Origin: an uncultured bacterium
GTDB taxonomy: Bacteria > UBP14 > UBA6098 > B30-G16
Assembly (NCBI GenBank): GCA_965552135.1
Contig: CBEVQY010000013.1
Coordinates: 1-61,986, forward strand
DNA: 61,986 nucleotides
Direction: 5' to 3'
Below, one piece after another: positions 20,320-32,037 of this stretch (its first letter is position 1; every line of letters begins with the position of its first letter). The position numbers and the translations under genes are program-made. The notes beneath the pieces are model-generated. The model was not told the origin of the DNA, ran no database searches, and was given only the letters and a program-made list of their open reading frames with translations.

Positions 20320-21013
20320 GACCATAGCTGTGGTTCCGGCATACAACGAAGAGGAAACGATAGAAGGGGTTGTCGACGAGATAAGGAAGAAGGCTCCGGG
20401 CGTGGATGTTGTCGTTGTGGACGACGGCTCTGTGGACCATACTGCCCAAAAGGCAAGGGCAGCCGGAGCCTTCGTCGTAAAGCACCCATTCAACATGGGC
20501 ATAGGGGCAGCCGTGCAGACGGGCTTTAAGTTCGCGGTGAGGGAGGGGTACGATGCAGCCGTCCAGGTCGACGGCGACGGTCAACACAACCCAAAATACA
20601 TACCCCAGATGATAGAGCTTTTGGAGAGGGGCGATGCCGACGTAGTCTCGGGATCGAGGTTTTTGAAAAAAGAGGGCTTTCAGTCGTCGCTTCTGCGCCG
20701 CATAGGCATAAGGTTCTTCGAGCTTTTGTACAGGCTTCTTGTGGGCATCCGCGTTTCGGACTGCACATCGGGCTTCAGAGCGTTCGGACCAAAAGCACTA
20801 AGCCTTGTGGCTGAAAACTACCCCGACGACTACCCCGAACCCGAAGCCGTCATCATGCTGCACCGCGCAGGACTCAGGTTCACCGAAATCCCCGTCGTCA
20901 TGCGAGAAAGACAAGCCGGAAGCTCATCGATAAAGGGGATAAAACCCATCCACTACATGATAAAGGTCACCCTCGCCCTCTTTATGCACAGGCTGAGGAA
21001 GGGAACAGGATGA
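20306..21013 (+). CDS. Glycosyltransferase family 2 (DPM synthase-like)
   Basis: VPAYNEE, VDDGSVD, QVDGDGQH, SGFRAF. Confidence 0.9.
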   Translation: MQKLRTIAVVPAYNEEETIEGVVDEIRKKAPGVDVVVVDDGSVDHTAQKARAAGAFVVKHPFNMGIGAAVQTGFKFAVREGYDAAVQVDGDGQHNPKYIPQMIELLERGDADVVSGSRFLKKEGFQSSLLRRIGIRFFELLYRLLVGIRVSDCTSGFRAFGPKALSLVAENYPDDYPEPEAVIMLHRAGLRFTEIPVVMRERQAGSSSIKGIKPIHYMIKVTLALFMHRLRKGTG

Positions 21014-21372
21014 AAAGGGTCCAGTTCATATCGCTTTTGGCGTCGCTTGGGCTTTTGGGGATCGTGCTGGAGCTCGTGAGAAGGCGGATGCTCAAAGAAC
21101 GATTTGCGCTTTTGTGGATATTTTCGGCTGCGGGTCTTGTGGTGCTCTCCGTGTGGGGGAATCTGCTCGAGATCCTCGCAAAGCTTGTGGGGATATACTA
21201 CGCCCCCGCCGTGCTTTTGCCCATAATCATCTTCTTCGGGGTCGTGCTCTTCCTCTATTTTTCCGTCATAGTCACGAAACAAGCCGACAGGATAAAGACG
21301 CTTGCGCAAAAGCTCGCCCTCTTGGAGCAACAGGTGGAGGACCTCAAGCAAAAGGAGCGTGATAGAAAATGA
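21010..21372 (+). CDS. DUF2304-like membrane protein
   Basis: Three TMs, ALLW, IKTLAQKLALLE; typical partner of this GT2. Confidence 0.8.
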   Translation: MKRVQFISLLASLGLLGIVLELVRRRMLKERFALLWIFSAAGLVVLSVWGNLLEILAKLVGIYYAPAVLLPIIIFFGVVLFLYFSVIVTKQADRIKTLAQKLALLEQQVEDLKQKERDRK

Positions 21373-23066
21373 GGGTCGTCTTAGCCACCGCGTGTTTGTG
21401 TGGACTTGTTTTCGCGCAGGATATAGCGGTCCAGTACTTCCAGACGACGGACGACATAAGGGACGCCTACAACAACGGCGAGATCACCTTCGAGCAATAC
21501 GTTGAGCTCTTGCAGCTTTTGGAGGACAAGATCGAGGTAAACACCGGCAACCTGAGGCGCCTGTTGGTAGTTCCCGGGGTTGACCGCAGCGACATCGAGG
21601 CGCTGGAGCGAGCGCGCTCCAGAAGGGGACCCTTCCGAAGCCTTGCCGCCGTCAAAAGGGCGTTCCCGGGCGACTTCGCGCTGATCGAACCGTTCATCTA
21701 CGTCGTCCCACCAATAAGGATCAAGGTCAAAGGCTACGCGAAGGTCTACACCCGCCGCGACTACGCATCCCCACCAGACTACGACGACCCATACCACTCG
21801 AGCAAGCTGTACCTGCGCGCGGGCAGGTTCTCCCTCGACTATCGCCTCAGACAACGCGGCGACGAGTTCGGCACAACGACGTTCAGAGCCATCGAGTACC
21901 GCGGCGAAAAGATCCAAGCCATAGTCGGCAACTACTACAAAGACATAGGCTACGGTCTGCTTGTGGGGCGCTACCTCTCCCTCTCAAGCTCCTCGCGCCA
22001 GAACGATGGGGTTGGGTACCTCATCTCGCCGTACTACGGCGACCTGAACGGGCTTTACGTCTACTGGCGCCCATCGCGGTCGTTTAGGGCGAAGCTTGCG
22101 CTTTCGGGAAACAGCTACGAGACTTCTTCGCAGGCGCTTGCCGCCGCTTCCGCGGCGTATCGACCGTCGAGGAACGCCGAAATAGGCGCAGTGCTGTACT
22201 ACGGCTCCGTCGAAGACAAAAGCACAAGCTCAAAGCCAAGCTTCACTCAGGAAGGCGCATCGGTCTTCGGGGAGGTGAGACTTTCGGGCTGGCGCCTCCG
22301 CAACGAAACAGGTGTTCTGCAGAACGGCGCGTGGGGAACCCAGCTTTTCCTCTACTCGCCCCGACGAAGGGGAGTGAGCGTAACCTGGACGCTTTGGGCA
22401 TATCACCCGGGCTTCAAAGCCCTTTACTCCGACGGCGAGTGCGACAGACGCAGCTACCAAAGCTTCTACCCCGAGAACTTCTCCTTTTACCTCAAATCCT
22501 ACCAGGCGGGTGAGCTTGGCGGATATTTTTCCGCCCGCGTGCCCATCACGCGACGACTCAGGGGCGAGGTCAAGCTCACGTACTTCGACGTCCACGCAAG
22601 CCCCAAAAGCGGTGGCGCTGGCTACATCGCAGCCGTGTACGACGCAGGATGGTCCGGCTACGCCCGCACATACGCCGAAAGACGATGGGACGGCTGGGGC
22701 GCAACGGGCACAACAAGGGACAAAGTGGGAATATCCCTCAGGTGGACGCCCTCTGAAAGGGTAACCATCCGAAACTACTCGTACTTCAGGTGGAACCAGT
22801 ACTCCGACGGCGACTGGAGGAACGAGTTCCGAGTTTCGAACACGGTGACGTTCTCCCTCTGGCGCAACTTCGAGGTGGGCGTGCGCGCAGAACGACAGGA
22901 CTACGACGTAAACGACCCCCAAGACGGCTACTGGGGCATCGCCGTAACACCACGCATCGATATACCAAGGTCTGCCGATTGGAAGACTGAGCTTTCGTTC
23001 AGACGCTACGACGACGCGGGGAGCTGGTCGCTCCAGGTCAGGGTGAACGCAAGGGTAGACTTTTGA
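21369..23066 (+). CDS. ComEA-like helix-hairpin-helix domain fused to a predicted outer-membrane beta-barrel
   Basis: Signal peptide; KIEVNTGNLRRLLVVPGV...RGPFRS; Tyr/Trp-rich beta strands; terminal Phe (VNARVDF). Confidence 0.7.
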   Translation: MRVVLATACLCGLVFAQDIAVQYFQTTDDIRDAYNNGEITFEQYVELLQLLEDKIEVNTGNLRRLLVVPGVDRSDIEALERARSRRGPFRSLAAVKRAFPGDFALIEPFIYVVPPIRIKVKGYAKVYTRRDYASPPDYDDPYHSSKLYLRAGRFSLDYRLRQRGDEFGTTTFRAIEYRGEKIQAIVGNYYKDIGYGLLVGRYLSLSSSSRQNDGVGYLISPYYGDLNGLYVYWRPSRSFRAKLALSGNSYETSSQALAAASAAYRPSRNAEIGAVLYYGSVEDKSTSSKPSFTQEGASVFGEVRLSGWRLRNETGVLQNGAWGTQLFLYSPRRRGVSVTWTLWAYHPGFKALYSDGECDRRSYQSFYPENFSFYLKSYQAGELGGYFSARVPITRRLRGEVKLTYFDVHASPKSGGAGYIAAVYDAGWSGYARTYAERRWDGWGATGTTRDKVGISLRWTPSERVTIRNYSYFRWNQYSDGDWRNEFRVSNTVTFSLWRNFEVGVRAERQDYDVNDPQDGYWGIAVTPRIDIPRSADWKTELSFRRYDDAGSWSLQVRVNARVDF

Positions 23067-23085
23067 ATATTCTGCGAGGTGAGCG

Positions 23086-24444
23086 ATGAGGGTCTGCGTT
23101 ATAGGCGGAGGTCCGGCGGGCTACGTGGCGGCGATAAGGCTTTCGCAGCTTGGAGCCCGCGTAACGGTTGTCGAGCGCGAAGCGCTGGGAGGAGAATGCA
23201 CAAACCACGGATGCATCCCCACCAAAACGCTCTTCTCACTTGGCAAAAGGCTTTCGGGATTTCGCTGGGGCATCGAAAAAAAGCTTTGGGACGGGAGCGT
23301 GGCGCTCGACTGGCGCAGGTGCATCGACTTCAAAAACCGCGTCGTCGCAAGACTTTCTAAGGGAATCGACTACCTCCTGCGAAAAAACGGCGTCGAGCTT
23401 GTGCGCGGCGAGGCGGTGATCCTCTCGCCATCCGAGGTGGAAGTGGAGGGGACGACGAGGACGCGCCTGAGCTTCGATAGGCTTCTTATCGCCACGGGAT
23501 CAGAGCCGACCATGCCGCCGATCGAGGGGCTCTCCGGCGCTGCGCCGTGGAACAACAGAAAGGCACTCGCAGCGCAAAAACTCCCCAAAAGCGTGATAAT
23601 CATCGGCGGGGGTGTAATAGGCGTTGAGTTCGCCCACATATTCGCATCGTTCGGCAGCAAAGTCACGATAATCGAGATACTGCCCAAGATCCTGCCGTTT
23701 CAGGACGAGGAGATAAGCGCAGCCGTCCACCGCGCCCTCGTGGGCGAAGGGGTTGTGATCCTCGCCGGGACCAAGGCGTGCGCGGTCCACAGAAGAGCCG
23801 AAGGCGTCGTCGTGGAGATCGAAGACGCGTCGTCGCTGGAGGCGGAGGAAATAATCGTGGCCACGGGACGAAAACCCCTTCTGCCCAAAGGCGCAGAGAA
23901 AATCGGCATCTCGCCCGAGGAACCCACCCCCGTCGACGAGCAGATGCGCACAAAGACGGATGGAATCTACGCCGCGGGTGACGTTACTGGCGAGCCGTAC
24001 CTGGCGCACAAGGCGTCCCACCAGGGTATAGTTGCCGCCGAGGCGATGATGGGCATGGACTCGAAATACCGCGCCGACGCGATCCCAGCTGCGATCTTCT
24101 CGGCGCTTGAGGTGGGCACGGTGGGGCTGACCGAAGCAGAAGCCCGCAAGCGCTTCGGCGACGAGGCGAAGGTGGGGAAGTTCCCCTACATAGCCTCGGG
24201 GAGGGCACAGTGCAGCGGCGACGCCGTCGGGTTCGTGAAGATCGTGGCAGACCCGGAGGGGAAGATCCTGGGCTTCCACGCCGCGGGCGAAGGAGCAGCC
24301 GAACTCGCCGCCATAGGCGCCATCGCAATAACAAAGGGAATGACGACGAAGGACGTCGAAGAGGTCGTCTTCGCGCATCCAACGTTTTCGGAGATGGTCT
24401 TCGAGGCTGCCCTCGCCGCCCAAGGACGAGCCATCCACATCTAA
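23086..24444 (+). CDS. lpdA: Dihydrolipoyl dehydrogenase
   Basis: IGGGPAGY, GGECTNHGCIPTK, GGGVIGVE, HPTFSE. Confidence 0.93.
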   Translation: MRVCVIGGGPAGYVAAIRLSQLGARVTVVEREALGGECTNHGCIPTKTLFSLGKRLSGFRWGIEKKLWDGSVALDWRRCIDFKNRVVARLSKGIDYLLRKNGVELVRGEAVILSPSEVEVEGTTRTRLSFDRLLIATGSEPTMPPIEGLSGAAPWNNRKALAAQKLPKSVIIIGGGVIGVEFAHIFASFGSKVTIIEILPKILPFQDEEISAAVHRALVGEGVVILAGTKACAVHRRAEGVVVEIEDASSLEAEEIIVATGRKPLLPKGAEKIGISPEEPTPVDEQMRTKTDGIYAAGDVTGEPYLAHKASHQGIVAAEAMMGMDSKYRADAIPAAIFSALEVGTVGLTEAEARKRFGDEAKVGKFPYIASGRAQCSGDAVGFVKIVADPEGKILGFHAAGEGAAELAAIGAIAITKGMTTKDVEEVVFAHPTFSEMVFEAALAAQGRAIHI

Positions 24445-24488
24445 CGCTTGCGTCCCAAAGCCGTTTTATGTAAGAATTTCTATGGGGG

Positions 24489-27400
24489 GTGTGGATGACG
24501 TCTGCCGCTGCACATAAAGAGCTCCTAAGGCTGCTTTATACCGACGAGCTCACCCACCTCTACAACAGGCGCTACCTCAAAGAGCAGCTCCCGCGCTACT
24601 TCGCTCAGGCGGAGCAGAAAGGCGTCTCGGTCGCCTTCCTGATGCTCGATATGGACAACTTCAAGAGCATAAACGACACCTACGGTCATCAAGCTGGCGA
24701 CCAGGCTCTGATCCACCTCGCGAAGGTCCTCGTGGGGACGCTCCAGAGACGTGGCATCCCGATCCGCTACGCCGGCGACGAGTTTGTGGTGATCGCCCCT
24801 GGGCTCGACAAGAGCTCCGCGGCGCAGCTTGGCGAAACCATCCAGAAAAATCTGGAGCAGTCGCCACTGCAGTTCGACTCGCAAAGGCTTGTGCTGCGCT
24901 GCAGCATAGGCGTAGCCCTCTTCCCGAAGGACGGCAAGGACTGGGAACAACTCTTCGAGAAAGCCGACGAGGCGCTCTACGTCGCCAAGCGCACCGGAAA
25001 GGGGCGCGTATTCGTCTTCCCCGACTCCGGAAAACTCCTTACCCCCGCAAAGCTCGACTCGATCCTCGCCCAGCCGTACATCGTCGGGCGCGACGACATC
25101 ATCCACTTCCTCGAAAACCACCTCTCCCAGGACGGAGACCCGTCGGTCTTCCCTGTTCTTATGGGCGGCGAGGGCGCCGGAAAGTCGCGTCTCATCGCCT
25201 ACGGCGCAAAGGTCGCCGCAAAAAAGCTCTCCTTCGTCCTAAACTGCAAAGGATATCCCTTCTGGCAGACGGAGATGTACGGCGCCGTATTCTCCGCCCT
25301 CGGAAAGCTCTTCGAGCAACGTCAGGACATCTCCGACCTGGTGTTCGAAAAGCTCGACGACAGATACAAAGTCATCCTCAAGCCCAGGCTCTACCCGTGG
25401 GACGCGAAGGAGGTTTTAAAAAGCGAGGAGGTTGCCGAGCCCGACAGCTTCGCGCTCTTCGAAGCCCTGACGCAAACCTTCTTCATACTCATGGAGACCG
25501 GTCCCGGCGCCATCCTCCTCGACGACGCCGAGCAGATAGACCCGCCATCGCTGCAGTTCTTCGACACACTGTTCAACCAAAAGGAGGGCAAAAAGCTCCT
25601 ATTCGCCGCGGCGATAAACAGCCCCGACATCCCCACAGGCGAGGAAAACCTCCTCTCCCTTCTGGGCAACATGAAGTCGGTGGCGTCATCTGCGACGATA
25701 AAGAAATTCGAGCTAAAACCCCTCAGGCTCGAGGACATAAGGCAGCTTACGGCGAAGATATTCGACGGTCAAACCTTCACCCCCGAGGTGGAGCAAGCCC
25801 TTCTGCACAACTCGGGCGGCATACCCCTCTTCGTCGTGGAGGCGATATCCTTCCTCCTGCAGGAGGGCAAGATAGTAGCAGCGGGCGATAGGTGGGACCT
25901 CTCCCAGGTCAAACCCGACGATATCCCCCCAAAGCTTGAGGACCTTCTGCGCCAGCGCCTGATGAGCATGGACGAAGAAGCGATAAGGGTGCTAAAGCTT
26001 GCGTCGGTTCTTGGGGAGAGGATAAACCCCAAGCAGCTTGCCGCCCTGGCAGGACTCAAGGAGCAACAGGTCCTCGACATATTGGGCAACGCCAAGAGGG
26101 CGCTGCTTATCGAGGAGACGCCCAACCCCGACGAGTACGTCTTCTCCCACAGACTCGACAGAGCCGTCTTCTACTCGCTCCTCGACGACGACGAGCGCCG
26201 CCACTACCACGAGCTTGCGGCGGAAGTCGAGCGCAAGTTCGGCGAAGGAGCGCTTGAGCGCGTTGTGGGAAGACTCGCCTACCACTACCAAAACGCAGGA
26301 CGCCTCGACGAAGCCGTGAAGCTGCTTTCGGTGTTCAACGAACAGATGAACTCGGTCCTTATCTCCGAGGGCACAAGGCGCGCGCTGCGCAAAAGGATAA
26401 TAACCGCATCGATGGCCAAAGAGTCCCCCCTCGAGGAAAGCGACCTCGCAAGGGCGGTGGAGGTGGCAAGGGCGTTTAAAGTGGCGATGCAGAACCTAAG
26501 GCTCTACCCCCGCGAAAACGAGAACGTGAAGAAGTCGGTTCAGCGCTTTCTTGAGCTTTTGAACCAGTTCCTCGAGAGCAAGACCGAAGCGCTTTCGATC
26601 TCGCTTACGCCCGAGACGATGCTCTTCAACGGGCAGGCGCCGCCGCCCAACAAAGCCGATTCGCGCCTAACCGAAGACCTCTACTCCACCCTAAGCGCTT
26701 ACGGACTGCAAGGGGTGCTCTTCCTGAAGGGCATAGGCGAGGATGAGGTCGTCTCGTTCCTCGAGGTCTTCAAAAGCAAGCCCGAGGAGGTCTCCGGCAG
26801 GTGGGACGAGCTTGTGGAGCAATACGGTTTTTCGCACATCCTCCCCGACCGCAAGATCTTCGTCGCCGTCGGCGAGCGCAGGATAGCCCTCGACGAGGGT
26901 CAGCTTGTGGCGCAGGTGGCGGGCAAACAAACCTCATCAGGTGAGGAAGCACCGACAACGCAGACGATCCCCGACGAAAAGCTCGAGCTCATCAAAAAAG
27001 CACTCGAGGAGTTCAAGCGCGAGAAGGATGAGCTCATCGAGGCGATAAGGTCAGGGAACGTAAGCGGCCAGGAGATAGAGCGGCTTGTGGAGCTTCTGCA
27101 GCAAACGGAACTTCCCGACATCGCGGCGCATGCATCAGCCGCCGGAGCGGATAGATCCCTCAAGCCCGCGCCGCCGAAGGAAGAGCGCTACGCCGACGTC
27201 CTGCCCGACGTGGCATTGGTCCAACAGGCGGAGATGAACATAACGCTCGCCCTTCAGGACCTCTCGTCCGAGGACACGACGATCCGCGCTAAAGCCGCAG
27301 CGTGGCTTATGAAGCAAAACCCCGCCCAGCTTGCCGAGGCGATCTTCTCCTACATCACATCCGATGCGCCGCTTCGCTCCAGGCGCCTTGCCGCAGCCGT

Positions 27401-28010
27401 CATCGCCAAAATAGGCGGCAAGGCGGCGAAAAACCTCCTCGGAAAGATAGGACCGGGCACAACGCCTCAGGTCGCCGCAAAGATAATCGACGTCCTCGAC
27501 CTCTTCACGGGAAACGAGGACCTCCTGCCCGCCCTGCGGAACATAATGCTTTTGGGCGACCCGGGCCTTATGAGGAAGTGCTCCGCCCTGCTTTCACAAT
27601 TCCCCGCAAAACTCGTCAACCCGCTGCTTCTGGAGGCTTTCGAGGAAAGCAGCGGTCGCGCAAAGCTCGAGGTGATGGCGCTTATCGCGGAGCGCGGCGT
27701 AACACAAGCCGCACCGCTGCTTGCCGAACTCATAAAGCCGCGAAAGATGTGGGAGAAGGAGGAGGACATCGCCCTCCAGGTCCAGGCGTGCAAGACGCTG
27801 GGACTGCTCCGTGCCGAAAGCGCAGCAGATGCGCTCATCCAGGCTGCGGTCGTGCCGAAGCCGTGGACGCTCCTTAAGCCGAAGCCGCCACAGGTCCGCG
27901 CGGCGGCGGCATGGGCACTCAAACAGCTGCCTCAGACAAACGAAATCAAAAAGGCGCTCGACGAGCTGAAAAAGGACAAATCCCCCAAAGTAAGAAAAGC
28001 CGCAAGCTGA
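24489..28010 (+). CDS. Diguanylate cyclase (GGDEF) - STAND-like AAA ATPase - helical/HEAT repeat protein
   Basis: TDELTHLYNRRY, DMDNFKSINDTYGHQAGD, RYAGDEF; Walker A GGEGAGKS; Walker B ILLDDAE; SGGIPLFV; C-terminal HEAT-like repeats (VRAAAAWAL, SPKVRKAA). Confidence 0.85.
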   Translation: MWMTSAAAHKELLRLLYTDELTHLYNRRYLKEQLPRYFAQAEQKGVSVAFLMLDMDNFKSINDTYGHQAGDQALIHLAKVLVGTLQRRGIPIRYAGDEFVVIAPGLDKSSAAQLGETIQKNLEQSPLQFDSQRLVLRCSIGVALFPKDGKDWEQLFEKADEALYVAKRTGKGRVFVFPDSGKLLTPAKLDSILAQPYIVGRDDIIHFLENHLSQDGDPSVFPVLMGGEGAGKSRLIAYGAKVAAKKLSFVLNCKGYPFWQTEMYGAVFSALGKLFEQRQDISDLVFEKLDDRYKVILKPRLYPWDAKEVLKSEEVAEPDSFALFEALTQTFFILMETGPGAILLDDAEQIDPPSLQFFDTLFNQKEGKKLLFAAAINSPDIPTGEENLLSLLGNMKSVASSATIKKFELKPLRLEDIRQLTAKIFDGQTFTPEVEQALLHNSGGIPLFVVEAISFLLQEGKIVAAGDRWDLSQVKPDDIPPKLEDLLRQRLMSMDEEAIRVLKLASVLGERINPKQLAALAGLKEQQVLDILGNAKRALLIEETPNPDEYVFSHRLDRAVFYSLLDDDERRHYHELAAEVERKFGEGALERVVGRLAYHYQNAGRLDEAVKLLSVFNEQMNSVLISEGTRRALRKRIITASMAKESPLEESDLARAVEVARAFKVAMQNLRLYPRENENVKKSVQRFLELLNQFLESKTEALSISLTPETMLFNGQAPPPNKADSRLTEDLYSTLSAYGLQGVLFLKGIGEDEVVSFLEVFKSKPEEVSGRWDELVEQYGFSHILPDRKIFVAVGERRIALDEGQLVAQVAGKQTSSGEEAPTTQTIPDEKLELIKKALEEFKREKDELIEAIRSGNVSGQEIERLVELLQQTELPDIAAHASAAGADRSLKPAPPKEERYADVLPDVALVQQAEMNITLALQDLSSEDTTIRAKAAAWLMKQNPAQLAEAIFSYITSDAPLRSRRLAAAVIAKIGGKAAKNLLGKIGPGTTPQVAAKIIDVLDLFTGNEDLLPALRNIMLLGDPGLMRKCSALLSQFPAKLVNPLLLEAFEESSGRAKLEVMALIAERGVTQAAPLLAELIKPRKMWEKEEDIALQVQACKTLGLLRAESAADALIQAAVVPKPWTLLKPKPPQVRAAAAWALKQLPQTNEIKKALDELKKDKSPKVRKAAS

Positions 28011-28061
28011 AAGAACGCAAACCCCTCAAAGAAATTTTTCAAAAACAAACCCATTTTGGAC

Positions 28062-28090
28062 TTGACAAACTTGGGGGGTATCTTTAGTAT
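28062..28090 (+). promoter_or_regulatory. rRNA promoter
   Basis: TTGACA 28062-28067, 17 bp, TAGTAT 28085-28090; AT-rich UP-like tract upstream. Confidence 0.75.
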
Positions 28091-28125
28091 ACAATTTGCC
28101 CGGAAGGGTGGTGTGTGGATTGGCA

Positions 28126-28137
28126 TGCTCTTTGACA
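28126..28137 (+). promoter_or_regulatory. BoxA antitermination element
   Basis: TGCTCTTTGACA versus consensus TGCTCTTTAACA. Confidence 0.8.
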
Positions 28138-30138
28138 ACAGAAGAGGATGGATGAAGCGCCGGGATACTCCGTGGCGAGCGGAGGTTGGTTAAGATACTA
28201 AGGGCGCACGGTGGATGCCTAGGCGCTCCCAGGCGATGAAGGACGCGGCTACCGGCGATACGCCCCGGGGAGGTGGAAGCAACCTTTGATCCGGGGATCT
28301 CCGAATGGGGGAACCCAGCCCGTAAGGGCTATCCTACCCTGAATCCATAAGGGGTAGGAGGCGAACCCGGGGAACTGAACCATCTCAGTACCCGGAGGAA
28401 AAGAAATCAACCGAGATTCCCCGAGTAGCGGCGAGCGAAAGGGGAGGAGCCCAAACCGACCGCGGCGCAAAAGGCCCCGGCCGTTGCCGCGGCGGGGTTG
28501 CGGGACACCACCGGCCCCAACCGGGGTGAGGGGCGGGGAGTTACAAATCCCCCGGATAGCCGAATCACCTGGAAAGGTGAACCGCAGAGGGTGAAAGTCC
28601 CGTAGGCGAAATCCGTGGGGACTCCCTCGGTGGTGATCCCAAGTAGGGCGGGACACGTGGAATCCCGTCCGAATCCGGGGGGACCACCCTCCAAGGCTAA
28701 ATACTCGGGAGCGACCGATAGCGCACCAGTACCGTGAGGGAAAGGTGAAAAGCACCCCTGTGCGGGGAGTGAAAAGAACCTGAAACCGTGCGCCTACAAG
28801 CTGTCGGAGGCTGACTTCGGGGCAAGCCCTTTGTGGCGCCTCGAAGTCGGCTGACGGCGTGCCTATTGAATAATGAGCCGGCGAGTTACTCTCAGTCGCT
28901 AGGTTAAGGGGTTCAGCCCCGGAGCCGTAGCGAAAGCGAGTCCGAACAGGGCGCCTTGGTGGCTGGGAGTAGACCCGAAACCGGGCGAGCTACCCATGGG
29001 CAGGGTGAAGCCCCGATAATCTCGGGGTGGAGGCCCGAACCTCAGGGCGTTGAAAAGCCCGTGGATGACCTGTGGGTAGGGGTGAAAGGCCAAACAAGCC
29101 CGGAGATAGCTGGTTCTCCCCGATATGCCTTTAGGGGCAGCCTCGGGTGGACCGTGCAGGGGGTAGAGCACTGTTTGGGCTAGGGGCCGCAAGGTTACCA
29201 AACCCAGACAAACTCCGAATCCCTGCACGCAATACCCGGGAGTGAGGTTATGGGGGATAAGCTCCATAACCGTGAGGAGAACAATCCAGACCGCCAGCTA
29301 AGGTCCCCAAGTCCGTGCTAAGTGGTAAAGGAGGTGGAACCACTCAGACAGCCGGGAGGTTGGCTTAGAAGCAGCCATCCTTTAAAGAGTGCGTAACAGC
29401 TCACCGGTCGAGTGGTTCTGCGCCGAAAATGATCGGGGCTTAAGCACGGCACCGAAGCTGCGGGTCAGTCTGCGGGTCTCCCGCGGACTGGCGGTAGGGG
29501 AGCGTTCCATGCGCGCTGAAGTCGCGCCGAAAGGCGCGGTGGAGCGCATGGAAGTGATTATGCCGGCACGAGTAGCGATAAAGCGGGTGAGAACCCCGCT
29601 CGCCGAAAGCCTAAGGTTTCCTGGGGAAGGTCAGTCCTCCCAGGGTTAGGCGGACCCTAAGCCGAGGCCGAAAGGCGTAGGCGATGGGAAGCCGGTTAAT
29701 ATTCCGGCCCCACCCGGGTGGACCGAAGGGGGGACGCAGAAGGAGAGGGCAGCGCGGCGTTGGTCGTCCGCGTCCAAGGGCGTAGGAGGTGGGCGAGGCA
29801 AATCCTTGCCCACATAAACTCCGAGACCCGATGGGGACCCCATCGCAAGATGGGGGAACTGCCCGGTCTCCACGCTGCCGAGAAAAGCCTCTAAGGGTTG
29901 AAGCCCGGGTGTCCGTACCGCAAACCGACACAGGTAGGCGAGGTGAGTATCCAAAGGCGCTCGGGTTATCCGCCCTCAAGGAACTCGGCAACTTGGCCCC
30001 GTAACTTCGGGAGAAGGGGCGCTCCGAGTAGGTGTACCAGCACGCCTGGGAAGCCGAAAGGAGCCGCAGATAATCGGGCCTGGCGACTGTTTATCAAAAA
30101 CACAGGTCTCTGCTAACCCCCAAGGGGAAGTATAGGGA

Positions 30139-30177
<39 letters not shown>

Positions 30178-30206
30178 TAGCCGCCTCGTGCGGCGAAGCT
30201 CCGAAC

Positions 30207-31023
<817 letters not shown>

Positions 31024-31607
31024 AAGTTCCGACCCGCACGAATGGCGTAACGACTGGGCCGGTGTCTCGAGGGCGGGCCCGGCGAAACTGAAGTCGCGGT
31101 GAAGATACCGCGTACCCGCGGCGGGACGGAAAGACCCCGGGACCTTTACTGCAGCCTGGCGTTGGGTTCTGGCATATCGTGCGTAGGATAGGTGGGAGGC
31201 TGCGAAGCCCCGGCTCCGGCTGGGGTGGAGCCACCCTTGAAATACCACCCTCGGTATGTCGGGACTCTAACCCGCACCCTACAAGTACGGGGTGGGGGAC
31301 AGCGCCTGGTGGGCAGTTTGACTGGGGCGGTTGCCTCCTAAAAGGTAACGGAGGCGTCCAAAGGTCCCCTCAGCCCGATTGGAAACCGGGCGTTGAGTGC
31401 AAAGGCATAAGGGGGCTTGACTGCGAGACCGACAGGTCGAGCAGGGGCGAAAGCCGGGCTTAGTGATCTGGCGTCTCCGAGTGGAAGGGGCGCCACTTAT
31501 CGGATAAAAGGTACCCCGGGGATAACAGGCTGATCGGGCCCGAGAGTTCACATCCACGGCCCGGTTTGGCACCTCGATGTCGGCACGTCGCATCCTGGGG
31601 CTGAATC

Positions 31608-31648
<41 letters not shown>

Positions 31649-31649
31649 T

Positions 31650-31690
<41 letters not shown>

Positions 31691-31810
31691 TGCCGCGGGC
31701 GCAGGAGGCTTGAGGGGGTCTGCACCCAGTACGAGAGGACCGGTGCGGACGAGCCTCTGGTGTACCAGCTGTCCCGCCAGGGGCACCGCTGGGTAGCTAT
31801 GCTCGGTCGT

Positions 31811-31841
<31 letters not shown>

Positions 31842-32037
31842 ACACCCCAAGATGAGGCCTCCCGCGTTCCTGGGGAAACCCAGGAACCCTGAAGGGCCCA
31901 GGGAGACTACCTGGTCGATAGGCGGCAGGTGTAAGCGCCGCGAGGCGTTTAGCCGAGCCGTACTAATAGCCCGTGCGTCTTAACCAACCCCTCTCTCCAC
32001 GGAGTTGGCGCAAAATCCATCCTCTTCTCAAAATATT

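Noticed and set aside
28121..28136. TGGCATGCTCTTTGAC as a sigma54 -24/-12 promoter
   Set aside because: Lacks the invariant GC at -12 and is fully explained as BoxA
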